Positions 49,130 through 62,900 of a stretch of 64,000 bases of DNA are shown here, piece by piece. The notes under the pieces were generated by a model. That model worked only from the letters and a program-made list of their open reading frames with translations. It made no database searches and had not been told where the DNA came from. Source of the stretch: Octopus sinensis. Lineage: Eukaryota. Numbering within the stretch: the stretch's first letter is position 1; the number at the start of each line of letters is the position of its first letter. The stretch is taken from contig NW_021832376.1 of assembly GCF_006345805.1 (NCBI RefSeq), positions 42,956 to 106,955 on the forward strand, read 5' to 3'. Position numbers and translations under genes: made by a program.

Positions 49130-52100
49130 TCACCACCACCACTATTACTACTACTACTACCACCACCACCACTACTACCACCACCACCACCACCACCACC
49201 ACTACTACTACTACATACTAATCAACTCTTTCTGCTATTTGCCACAGGAACAGATCTCCCGTAATCGACAGAGTTTGCTTGACGTGCTGTGGACGTGCAG
49301 CTACAGACGTCTCCCACCCTCCACAGACATTCGTCAGAAACAGAACTCAATGCCGCTAACTGGCGTCGACCGAATCTCTTCCAGCTTGTCACGACAGATT
49401 GCTGCAACCCTTGTTGCGCAGCTCACACCAGACATGTTGTACAATGGACCAGCATGGCCCGACGAGGAGTTCATTAAGGTCACAGTTGAAAGGTTAGAAC
49501 CCCCTTTTTTTTTTTGTATTTTCAGATGTTATCCCTTTTTACTGCCAGAACCTACCATTTGGACCAGTTTACTGCTTACCCACGGGTTCACCACAAGGCT
49601 TCCTGAATGTTGATCTAAGTTCTTTCAGTCTTTCACTTTTCCTTTCTGTGTGTGTGTGTGTGTAATATTGTCATTTACTGTCTATTTTCCATGCTGGCAT
49701 GGGTTGGATAGTTCAACAGGAACTGGTGACCCAGGGGACTGCACCAATCTCGAATGTCTGCTTTGGTATAGTTTCTATGGCTAGATGCCCTTCCTAACAC
49801 CAACCACTTTACAGAGTGTATTAGGTTTTTTTTTTTTTTACATGGTACTGGCACTAGAGAGGTCACCAAGTGACCTGCATTACAAGACCCTCAACTGAAA
49901 AGATCTGAGACCATACGGACTTTGAAGAAAAGACACCTGTGAAATTGTAGTTAAGACACCTGTGCCGGTGACACGTAAAAAGCACCATCCGAATGTGGTA
50001 GATGCCTGCGCCGCCTGACTGGCGTCCGTGTCGGTTGACAGGTAAAAGCAACAACTGATCGTGGCAGTTTTCCAGCCTCCTCTGGCCCCTGTGCCAGTGG
50101 CACATAAAAAGCACCCACTACACTCACGGAGTGGTTGGCATTAGGAAGGGCATCCAGCTGTAGAAATACTGCCAGATCAGACTGGAGCCTGATGCAGCGT
50201 CCATAGCTTCCCAGACCCCGATCGAACCGTCCAACCCATGCTAGCATGGAAAATGGACGTTAAACGATGATGATGATGATGAGGATGATGATATTGGGAG
50301 CGTGTATGTTTATATCTAAAGGTATGAGTGTATATTTGTGAGTGTACCTGTAGATACCTGTGGGCTTCAATGTGTGTGTGTGTTTGTGAGTATATGTGTG
50401 TGTAAGAGAGAGACAGATAGAGAGAGAATGTCCATAGGCATGTGTGTGTGTATATCCGAATATGTGTAATCAAGATTGGAGCCTGGTGCGGCCATCTGGT
50501 TAGCCAGTCTTCAGTCAAATCGTCCAACCCATGCTAGCATGGAAAGCGGACGTTAAACGACGACGACGATGATGATATATATGTGTGTTAATATGTCTAG
50601 GTATATATGTGTTTGTAAGAGCATATACAGGTATAAGTGTGTGTGTGTGTGTGCTTCTGTGAGTATGCCTGCATGTGTGCATGCATGAAAGAGTATGGCT
50701 GTGTGCGTGTGTGTGTGAATATACCTATAGACATATGTGTGTGTGTGTCCGTCCATAACCAAGACATTTGTACGTTTGTGTGTCTGTATGTGAGTTATGT
50801 CTGAGTGTAGGTATGAGTGGGAGTGAAGAGCAGGTGGTGGAGTTGCTCAGAAACAGGACAACAGCACAGATATATCTGAATCAATTTATTTGTAAGCCTC
50901 CTGTGCTATCAGTCCGTCAGCTGATAGCTACAATGGAAAGTAATGTTTGTCTATTAATATCACTATTGAAATTGTGTTTGTTGTGGGTTGGTGGAAATAC
51001 TGACTGAGACAAAGTGAATAATAAATGAAAGCTTCATATTTGTATTTGCTTTGCAAGATTATGATATGAATTCATGCATTGAAACAAATCTTGTTCTGGG
51101 AGGGTCATTGCACCAATAATAACACATGTACTGATTCAATATTGCTTTGAGACCGCGACCTGTGTTGCATCGCAGGTCGCGGTCTCAAAGCGATGAAAAT
51201 GTTTTGGTAAATTAAATTTAAATGTTGAAGTGAATCTAACGGTTTTTGTGTGTTTCTTAAATGGCTTATAAACACCTTCCACGCTGCAATTGATAATTCA
51301 ACTGTTGATACTGAATTCCGTTCATGTTGATGTGTAACCATGGCTATATATGTTCATGTTGGTACTTAATCCTAGCTCTGTGTTTTCATATCAATACTTA
51401 CCTGTGGTCATGTGTTCATGACGATGCTTAATCCTAGCCCCATGTGTTGTTCATTTTTAACCTTGATACATGTTTGTATTGTTTCAGAGACCTCTGGGTT
51501 TGGAGGAAATTTGAAGACAACCCGATTCTCTGGGATATTCTTGATAACTTTGCACACAGTAAGTTAGAACAAGTATTTTATTTACTCTGAATCCCTTCTC
51601 TCTGTCTGTCTGTCACTTTTGCACCTATCACACCTGTATTTTCTCACAATCACCTAGCCACTTCTCTCCTCTAAAAGTATTTCTACATGCCACTGTAGAT
51701 TTTGTCTTAACTCAACTGGTATGCAGTACACCTAAGCCTTTTACAGGTTACACCCTCATAATTAACCTGTTACAGTGTTATTTCTTTACTGCCCACAAGG
51801 GGCTAAACAATAGAGGGGACAAACAAGAACAGACAAACGGATTAAGTTGATTACATCGACCCCAGTGCTTGACTGGTACTTATTTAATCGACCCCGAAAG
51901 GATGAAAGGCAAAGTCGACTTCGGCGGAATTTGAACTCAGAACGTAGTGGCAGATGAAATACCGCTAAGCATTTCGCCCGGCGTGCTAATGATTCTGCCC
52001 GCTCGCCGCCTTGGAAACCTGTTACAGTGTGTCACATTACTTGTTACTGTGTGTCAGCCTGTGACTATGTCAGCTTGTTGCAGTGAGTCAGGCAGCTTGT

Positions 52101-55100
52101 CACAGCATGTCACATAACTTGTCACAGTGAGTCAGCTTTGCTACAGTCTCTTGTAACCTGTTACAGTATGTCACTTAGTCTGTCACAGTGTATCAGATAG
52201 TGTTCTCCCGTTAATTTCTGAGACTGTTATTGCATGGCTCTTAGCCTGTCACAATGTATCACATATTTTGTCATAGTTTGTCACCATTATCCTGTTACAA
52301 TCCCATTCTTAGTCTCTTTTACTCTTTTACTTGTTTCAGTCATTTGACTGCGGCCATGCTGGAGCACCGCCTTTAGTTGAGCAAATCGACCCCAGTACTT
52401 ATTCTATCGGTCTCTTTTGCCGAACCGCTAAGTCTGTTTACTTTGATTTTATAGTTTAGCATTTAATATGTTACAGTGCTACACTTGATTTCTTAGATTC
52501 ATGTTACAGTGCTAGAGACACTTTAACTGTTTTTTCCCCCCTTTACATGGAGGAGATGGCTTATTCCTTGTTGCAATTATTTACATCTGAATGTCTTTCC
52601 TATCAGAAGCCACTACACTAGACACCGTTATATTTCAATAGATTTCCTGTCTTTAAAGTCTTGGAGGTCTTTACATCTGGGACATCTTTCTTGTTTCTAA
52701 CCAGAAATATATATTTCCTGTCTCTAACCATTCAATTAGGGAGTAGAATTTAATTAAGTTGGATGACCAAATAATAGCTTTAGTTCTCATAAGGTTTGAA
52801 CTTTTGACCCCGTGGCCAATCATCCAGCCATGCCTTGACTAAAGTGGGGTTTGATCTCTTAGTTATGAGTGTCAATCTAGCTGTACTTTCACTACAGTTG
52901 GGGTTAGAACATATGACCACACTATCTTGACTACGGTTTGAACTTATGACTATCTGAAGACATACTACAATCATCATCATCATTGTTTAACGTCCGCTTT
53001 CCATGCTAGCATGGGTTGGACGACTTTGACTGAGGACTGGCGAACCAGACTCCAGTCTGATCTGGCGAGGTTTCTTCAGCTGGATGCCCTTCCTAACGCT
53101 AACCACTCCGTGAGTGTAGTGGGTGCTTTTTACGAGAGACTGGCAATGACCACGATCGGTTGGTGCTTTTTACATGCCACCAGCACGAAGGCCAGTTGAG
53201 GCGGCACTGGCATTGGCCATGTTCGAATGGTGCTTTTTACGTGCCCAAAATATTCCATTTACCACTAGAGTGTATATCTGGACAATAAGGTTCCTACTGT
53301 CTGCAATAACAGTAGAACAACAACAACATAGACAGGAATGCTCCCATGAAGGAAACCTCAATGAGGTTGATTGACCTGCTAGAATTAATTGATCATTCTC
53401 AAATAACAATCTACCTTATATAAAAGATATCTCAGGTTATATAAATCTGAGTCTTCTGAATATACAAATAGGCTGGATGGGCATGTTTGGAATAACTTTG
53501 GGCTAAACAGCAATAACATGAACAAGAAGTAATAAAGAAATCTATTTGCATGTGTTTCCCTTACTCCCACCCCTGAGTCTTCAAATAGGATGACTCTGAC
53601 TCACACCAACTGACTCTTATTCATTCCTTTCACAGGTAGTTCAGTGTTGTTCTACTGCTCGCCATTGCTCCGATCCTTAGTGGCCACCCTGATGAATTTC
53701 TATGAGAGTTGCCGGACGAAGAATGCCTCTAATTCCCCCAAGTACCTTCATGCAGCATGTAAAGTCATTAATTACATGAGAAAGGTAGGTAAATGCATGG
53801 GAAACCCATGTTTCTTCTGGCCATGTTCAGGCTTCTTTGATTTTTGACTTACACCAAATATTCTAACATACTCATGTTCTTCACCTAAGAAGTTGTCATC
53901 ATCATCATCATCATCATCATCGTTTAACATCTGCTTTCCGTGCTGGCATGGGTTGGACGGTTTGACTGAGGGCTGGCAAGCCAGGAGGCTGCACCAGGTT
54001 CCAATCCGATCTGGCAAAGTTTCTACGGCTTGATGCCCTTCCTTACGCCAACCACTGTGAGAGTGCAGTGGGTGATTTTTACATGCCACTGGCATGGGGG
54101 CCAGTCAGGTGGCACTGACATTGACCAAGCTTGAATGATGCCTTTTACGTGCCACTGGCACGGGAGCCAGTCAGGTAGCATTGGCATCGATCAAGGCGGC
54201 ACTGGCATTCTGACAATATACCAAATAAAAGTGATTGAAGCATTGAATCTCTTGGTTTTGATATCAAATCTGTTGCGGTTATTTAGTTGTGTCTTTGGGT
54301 CAGTGCACCTAATTCTTTAGTGCATGTGTATATAAAGTTCTCTGGTGAATGGTAGCTGAGGTAAACTATTGTCCTAGCCATCAGGAGACTTATCTGTCAT
54401 CACAGTGAATTTAGTTCAGTATGTGCTTGAGAGGAGGGGGAGTCTGATCAGCTGACATGTTTATGTTGGTGTGTCTTTGTCAGCTAAGAAGATATATGAT
54501 GTAGATTTGCTGTAATGAATGATGATGTTGGCTAGAGGCGTCATTGAAGGGAAAATGACGATGTAATTTAAAAGAAGGTTTGCACTTTCGAGCACAGAGC
54601 TGATAAAAGTAATGAGGAAGATACAGGAAACAGTTGACAAAGCCAGCTTCTAGTCGTTGCCAGTACTACTGGACTGACCCCTGTGCAGGTGGCATGTAAA
54701 AAGCACCATTTGAGCATGGTCGTTGCCAGTACCGCCTGACTGGCCCTCATGCCGGTCACCTGTAAAAGCACCCACTACACTCTCAGAGTGGTTGGCGTTA
54801 GGAAGAGCATCCAGCTGTAGAAACTCAGCCAGATCAAGACTGGAGCCTGGTGCAGCCATCTGGTTGGCCAGCCCTCAGTCAAAATCGTCCGACCCATGCT
54901 AGCATGGAAAGTGGACGTTAAACGACGATGATGATGATGATGATGATATATGTATCAGTGGATATCACTGTGTTCTTGTTTGTGTGTGTAGGTCAGCTGA
55001 CAGGGTCAGTATGGTATATGATATGTTAGTATGGTGTCAGTAGATCTTATCCCAAGTGTGTGTGTGTGTAAGTGGGGGAGTTTGATCAGCTGACGTGTTT

Positions 55101-58100
55101 ATGTTGGTGTGTCTTTGTCAGCTAAGAAGGTATATAATGTAGATTTGCTGTAATGAAATACCATATTTACCATTTGCAGAGCAACCTATTGTCGTCCCCA
55201 CTCTGTTATATTGGTGAATTAATGCCATTGGTCAAATCTTATGAACTCTACCTACTTCTACAAACCGTGTGGCGATATATGAAGGTAAGTGGTCTCAATT
55301 AGACTTGTTTGTTCTTGTTTGGTGGTGGTTTTGTTGTCTTGAGCAAGTTTCTTTTTGTTCTTTTGAGCCGTCCAAACACATCCTCCTCTCCATCACCACT
55401 ACCATCATCACCATCTTCATCATCTATCAACATCATTATGACAACTCTGTGCTTCACAGACACCTACATATTACTGGAATGGATGGATGGAAGCACTCTG
55501 TCGGTTCCGACGATGAGGGTTCCGGTTGATCCGAATCAACGGAACAGCCTGCTCGTGAAATTAACGTGTAAGTGGCTGAGCACTCCACAGACACGTGCAC
55601 CCTTAACGTAGTTCTCGGGGATATTCAGCGTGACACAGAGAGTGACAAGGCCGGCCCTTTGAAATACAGGTACAACAGAAACAGGAAGTAAGAGTGAGAG
55701 AAAGTTGTGGTGAAAGAATACAGCAGGGATCACCACCACCCCCTGTCGGAGCCTCGTGGAGCTTTTAGGTGTTTTCGCTCAATAAACACTCACAACGCCC
55801 GGTCTGGGAATCGAAACCGCGATCTTATGACCGCGAGTCCGCTGCCCTAACCACTGGGCCATTGTGCCTCCACTACTGGAATATATGTCTGCCCATGTCA
55901 CATATTCACCGTATGCATGATCTCACTAACAATTACACACATAAATACATACATATTTACACTCACACTCACTGATATACACAGACATACATATACAGAT
56001 GTATGCATACATAAGCACACACACACAATTAGTTTTATGGGGGTATTTTTCCCCTCTTTATGATTTTTCCCAACCATTTATTCCTTCCCAGTGTGTGCCA
56101 GGGATCTATTCTAACTTATATATGTTCTTACCCTCTCATCTCAGGGAAGCAGACTGAACCAAGAAGAGTTATCTACCTTGCATACATTCCCAACTCCAAT
56201 TATTGTCGACGTAAGATTTGAACACTTGATACTCTGTAAAGCAGTGTTTCCCAACCTGTTTATCCCCCAGGCCCCACTACAATTTTCCAAAACAATGTAT
56301 ACCCCACCAGTGGTTGGGGAAAAAAAGCCCACTTAGTTTTTAATATTTTATCACAATTATTTAATACAAAAGATGTACTTGCATAGCGAGTGACTTGATC
56401 TGAGATCGTGTGCTGGAACAAAAGCAATTGCAGCGTGGAAGGTGTTTATAAGCCATTTAAGAAACACACAAAAACCGTTAGATTCACTTCAACATTTAAA
56501 TTTAATTTGCCAAAATATATTCGTCGCTTTGAGACCGCGACCTGTTCATTGACAAAACTGTGATGCATCTCAAAGTTTTGTCATTGAACAGGTCACGGTC
56601 CCAAAGCGACGAAAATATTTTGACACAAATTAAATTTAAATGTTGAAGTGTATCTAACGGTTTTTTTTGTGTGTTTCTTAAATGGCTTATAAACACCTTC
56701 CACGCTGCAATTGTTTAATAGAAAAGACTTCCAGTAAGTGGCGTAAGGGAGAAAAGAAAAGAAAAGAAAGAAGGCAATAGAGGAATGACAGTGGATCTAC
56801 CAGTAACTCTTTTATTAGGTACCGAGTACAAAAAAGAGTACGTTATTGACCAAGGAAAAAAAAAGGTGAATCACTTTAATGAAAACCTTGTGTCTGGCGA
56901 CTGTGGCACCACACCCCACCACAATTTTCTCAGGCTCCACCAGTGGGGCATATGTCACCAACTTGGGAATCGTTGATGAATAGATATTTAGATAGCAGTC
57001 CACAGCTATTGCAGCTCATGTAATCTGATATTATAGATGTGCTATTTGAATGACCAATACCACTGGTTTGTAGCGAATAGAGCTAAGGGAACTTGTCAGA
57101 GTAAAAAATAATGATCATGGCTTGGACACTTGGTCATAGGTCTACTTCATCATCATTGTTTAACGTCCGCTTTCCATGCTAGCATGGGTTGGACGATTTT
57201 GACTGAGGGCTGGTGAACCAGACGGCTACACCAGGCTCCAATCTTGATCTGGCAGAGTTTCTACAGCTGGATGCCATTCCTAATGCCAACCACTCCGAGA
57301 GTGTAGTGGGTGCTTTTTACGTGCCACCGGCACGGGGGCCAGTCAGGCGGTACTGGCAATGACCTCACTCGAATCTTTTTACACATGCCACCAGCACAGG
57401 TGCCATTAAGGTGATGTTGGTAATGATCACGCTTGAATGGTGCCCTTTTATGTGCCACCGGCATGGAAGCCAGTTAGCTGCTCTGGCAACAATCACGCTC
57501 GTATGGTGCTCTTTGCACCCCACAAGTATGGTTACCATCATCAAATGTGATTTTGATTTTGATTAACTTGGGAATCGTTGATGAATAGATATGTAGATAG
57601 CAGTCCACAGCTATTGCAGCTCATGTAATCTGATATTATAGATGTGCTATTTGAATGACCAATACCACTGGTTTGTAACTAATAGAGCTAAGGGAACTTG
57701 TCAGAGATGGAACATAAAAACAGGAGTAAAAAATAGGGATCATGGCTTGGACACTTGGTCATAGGTCTGCTTGACCACTGAAAATCTGTAGTTAAACAAC
57801 ATCACCCCACACCACACCACTCTACACTACATTTTGCCAGTCACACCACATTTGTATCATGTAATAATTACTCGTTACTACATGTCCACATCATGTGATT
57901 GGCCACTACATACCTACATCGCATGGCCAACTGCTACATGCTGCTTCATATGACTAAACACCTACATGTTTACACGACTACCTTCAGCTAGATTTGAACC
58001 CATATCGTTTATTTGTCTCATTATCTAAAAGCAATCATTGTTTCTTCTTCAGGAGAACCCCCCTGTCAATAATCTCGACCATCAAAAGAAAGGTAAATGC

Positions 58101-58658
58101 TTTACTTCCTATGTCTGTCACACCTAACGTCTTCTAATTATATTTCTTTGGTCTATCACACAGGTAACTTACCATCACTGGAACTATTTACTCACTGAAT
58201 AATAGTATTAGTGGTTGAGTATTCCACAGACACTTGCACCCTTAGTATAAGCATCAGACAAAGCCACCAGCATGATTCTAACGGAGTTGGTGCTATGAAT
58301 TATAAAGATATCTAATGAGCTTCTATGCATTTTCTGCCTCTCCAGTTTAACTCACAAGCTTTGGGTCACTTTTCTCAGCAGTATGATGCTGTACAAGTAA
58401 ACTTAAATTGCAAAACAAACTAGCTTCACCATATGGCCTTAAGTATAGAGTAGCCAGCCTCACCTGGCCTCCGTGCCGATGGCACATAAAAAGCACCCAC
58501 TACACTCACGGAGTGGTTGGCATTAGGAAGGGCATCCAGCTGTAGAAACACTGCCAGATATGACTGGCCTGGTGCAGCCTTCTGGCTTCCCAGACCCCAG
58601 TTGAACCGTCCAACCCATGCTAGCATGGAAAGCGGACATTAAATGATGATGATGATGA

Positions 58659-58702
<44 letters not shown>

Positions 58703-58815
58703 CATCATCATCATCATCATTTAGTGTCCGTTTTCCATGCTAGCATGGGTTGGACGGTTTAATTGGGGTCTGTGAAGCCGGAAGGCTTCGTCAGGCCCAG
58801 TCAGATTTGGCAGTG

Positions 58816-58851
<36 letters not shown>

Positions 58852-59938
58852 TATCATCATCATCATCATCATCATCATTTAACGTCCATTTTCCATGCTG
58901 GCATGGGTTGGATGGGTTTGACAGGGGCTGACAAGCCACAGAGCTGCACCAAGTTCCGGTCATCTGCTTTGGCACGGTTTCTATGGATGGATGCCCTTCC
59001 TAATGCCTACCACTTTACAGAGTGTACTGGGTGCTTGCTATATGGCACTGACATGGGTGGGTTTTTTTTACGTGATGCCAGCATGGGTGCACTTTTGCAT
59101 GGTGCTGATCCGGGTGCTTCTTTATGTGGCAGCAGCACAGTTGCTTTTTATGCGATACTGGCGTGGGTCCTTATCATGTAGCATGCAAGCATGGATGCTT
59201 TTTAGCATGGGACCAGCACAGGTGCTTAGATATGTGTGTGTGTGTGTGTGTGTACAGAAGTGCAGGTGTGGCTGCGTGGTTAAGATGTTTGCTTCTTAAG
59301 CACATGATTTTGGGTTCCGCTCCACTGCAAGGCTCCTTGGGCTGACCAAAGCCTTGAGTGGCAGATAGAAAGTGAAAGAAAACCTATCATGTGTGTGTGA
59401 GTGTGTGTTTTGTCTCCCTGTTTTGACATTGTGAGTCTTGACTGGCTTCTGTGCCGGTGGCATGTAAAAAGCACACCGCCTTGACTAGCTCCCATGTCGG
59501 TGACACGTAAAAGCACCAACCGATCGTGGCCGCTGCCAGCCTCCCCTGGCACCTGTGCAGGTGGCACGTAAAAAGCACCCACTACACTCATGGAGTGGAT
59601 GGCATTAGGAAGGGCATCCAGCTGTAGAAACTCTGCCAGATCAGACTGGAGCCTGGTGCAGCCTCCTGGCTTCCCAGACCCATGTTGAACCGTCCAACTC
59701 ATGCTAGCATGGAAAACAGACGTTAAACAATGATGATGATAATGTCATATAAGCAATGTCATTCATTTCCAATATTCTCTGATAAATGCATCTGGCCTTG
59801 AGAAAATATTACGTTGCTTGGAAATAAGTAAGGTAATGTTTCCCAGAACAGCATCCAGCCATAAAAAAAAATCAGTCTCAATAATTCTGTCTGACCCATG
59901 CAAGCATAGAAAAGTGGACGTTAAAACAATGCATTGTC

Positions 59939-59970
<32 letters not shown>

Positions 59971-62900
59971 AATTATTGTATACAGTGCTCAGGTGCACCA
60001 CAACTTGTCAAAAGTGCATATAAAGCATGTGCAGTAATGTACAAATGTCTGGGAAGTGAACAATGTATGAGTCAGATACATGCTTGTGTGTGTATGGAGG
60101 GGAAGAGAAAATCAGGTGTAGTGTTGGCGAATCTCAGGAAGCATGGAAGTTTTGAAGTGTAAAAGAGGTTTGGTGCACTTGTGTCGCAGTCTTTGCCATA
60201 GTTTCACTGAATCTGTTGAGAACCAATTACTGTTCCCTTCATTTGCACAGAAGGAAAATCTCTCCTTCTGGCTCTTCTTCCTAATTCCACTTCACCTCAC
60301 CTGTTGCTGAAATGTATGCTGTCTTGTCATCATCATCATCATCATTGTTCAACGTCCGTTTTCCGTGCTAGCATGGGTTGGACGGTTCGACCGGGGTCTG
60401 GGAAGCCAGGAGGCTGCACCAGGCTCCAGTCTGATTTGGCAGTGTTTTTACAGCTGGATGCCCTTCCTAACGCCAACCACTCCGTGAGTGTAGTGGTGCT
60501 TTTTACATGCCACCGGCACAGGTGCCCGGGGGGGGGGAAACAGCCACGATTGGTTTGTGCTTTTTACGTACCACCGGCATGGAAGCCAGTCAAGGCGGCG
60601 CTGAAATCTATGCTGTCTTGTATTCTTCTAATAGAATGCTGTCCGTTATGTGTAGGCACAAAGCTAATGTTATGCCAGCCAAGAACACAGTTTCCATTGT
60701 CCATGTGCACATGCATTCCCACACACATGCATGTGTGTCCATGTATGTGTGTCCATGTATCAGTGTTTCTATTGTCTGTATGCATATGTGTGTCTGTCGT
60801 TACCAGCGTCGCCTTACTAGCACTTGTGCCTGTGCTAGTAGGGTGCCAAGAGCACCATCCGTGCGTGATCGTTTCCAGAGGGCACCTTTCGTGCGTGATC
60901 ATTACCAGCGTTGCCTTATTGGCACTTGTGCCGATGGCATGTGTAAAAAGATTTGAGCGAGGTCATTGCCAATACCACCTGACTGGCCTCCGTGCAGGTG
61001 GCATGTAAAAAGCACCCACTACACTCTCAGAGTGGTTGGCGTTAGGAAGGGCATCCAGCTGTAGAAACTCCGCCAGATCAAGATTGGAGCCTGGTGCAGT
61101 CGTCTGGTTCGCCAGCCCTTAGTCAAAATCGTCCAACCCATGCTAGCATGGAAAGTGGACGTTAAACGATGATGATGATGATGATGTCTTTGTGTGAGAG
61201 AGAATTGTGTATGTGTCTGCAGTTTATTCAGAAACCATACAACAAATGCCTATAAATATATTTTTATTTACCTTTTCACTGAAGGTTTGTATAACATTTA
61301 ATTTATTATATGTAGCAGCAGCAGTGATGGTGTGTTTGAATATTTTTTTCTGTGCCTAATAGCATTGAAAAACGTTAAACCGCCTCCCAGTTATCTCCCC
61401 TGCTGTCTGTTCTACTCCTGGAATCAATCCAAAGTATACAGCTTCAGTTGTGTCTGGGGAAAGTCATTTTCTTTTCGTGCTTTATAATGTAACACACTCA
61501 CCAGTAAAATAGTCAAGACTATTGAAAAGGTTGCAAGACACAACGAAAAATTTAGGAAAATAAAAATAAGAAATAAGTGGAAATTTTACCGGTGTGTGTG
61601 TTACATAATAAGGCACAAAAAGAAAATGACTCTCCCCTGCTTCAACACACGAACTCACATGAAGAATCTTGCAGACCAAATCTAGAAACGAAATATACAT
61701 CCTCATATTTTTGTTTAAGCCAGTGAGTGAGTTCTTCTACATGGTATCTTGATCTGCTAGAAATAACAACCTAATCTTTTTCAAACTATCAAATGTCTCG
61801 TGTATGTATATCTATCTATATATATATATATATATATATGAATGTATGAGCCATCAAAGTAGACATCTACAGGTAGTTTGACCTGCTACAAAAGCAACCA
61901 AATTCCATTTTTTTATCACGCTCTATTTCATGCATTAGTTAACAAGGGCAAACTGTACAGGGTAGGATAAACCTGTTAAAAATAGTAACCAAAGTGCTAT
62001 AAAACCACACTCTTTCATCTTATGTCTATAAGCATGCATGAGTCAACGTGGGGGCCTGTACATGGTTGCTAGAACCTAATGAAAATAGCTGTCAAATTTC
62101 CCTCAAACCCCACCTGACTGTCTAACGTCTGTATATTTGAACGAAATCTTTATGTATATATGTCGTAAATCTTAAATTTCTATCATACCCATTCGTTCAT
62201 CTTAATCTTTGCAGTGATTTAAAACTCACTACCAAAAATATGTTTCTTGATCTGGAAGTTATGGCCATGCTAGAAACTTGACTGAAGACAATTGTCATTC
62301 TTAGAGTACTTTTGAAATGGACTGATTTGCCATTTGAATTCAAAACAGGTTCAGTTTCTTGTCAGGTTCAGCTTTGTTGTTATCATCATCATTTAATGTT
62401 TGTTTTCCAACTTTGGATTTATATATATTGCCAGAGCAGCTATCTGGCCTCTGTGCCGGTGGCACGTAAAAAGCACCATTCGAGTGTGATCGTTACCAGC
62501 ATCACCTTACTGGCACGTGTAAAGAGATTCGAACGAGGTCATTGCCAGTACCGCCTGACTGGCTCCGTGCTGGTGGCACGTAAAAAAGCATCCACTACAC
62601 TCTTAGAGTGGTTGGCGTTAGGAAGGGCATCCAGCTGTAGAAACTCTTCCAGATCACGATTGGAGCCTGGTGCAGCCATCTGGTTCGCCAGCCCTCAGTC
62701 GAAAGCGGACGTTAAACGATGATGATGATGATGATAATGATTCCTTCTTTCACTCAGCCTGTCCTTTATCTACCCTCACCACCACCACCACCTCCATCCA
62801 CTTGTTTCTATTCACATCTCTCTTTCTATCTGTCCATTTCAGTATGTGATGCCAAGTTCTCCACGGTGATCAGGTCTGTCCTACACGCCAATATAGCCCA

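Noticed and set aside
53631-53645. CAG|GTAG at the exon 19 acceptor resembling a recursive splice site or tandem acceptor
   Set aside because: The reading frame and conservation require the first AG; AG|GT at acceptors is common by chance.
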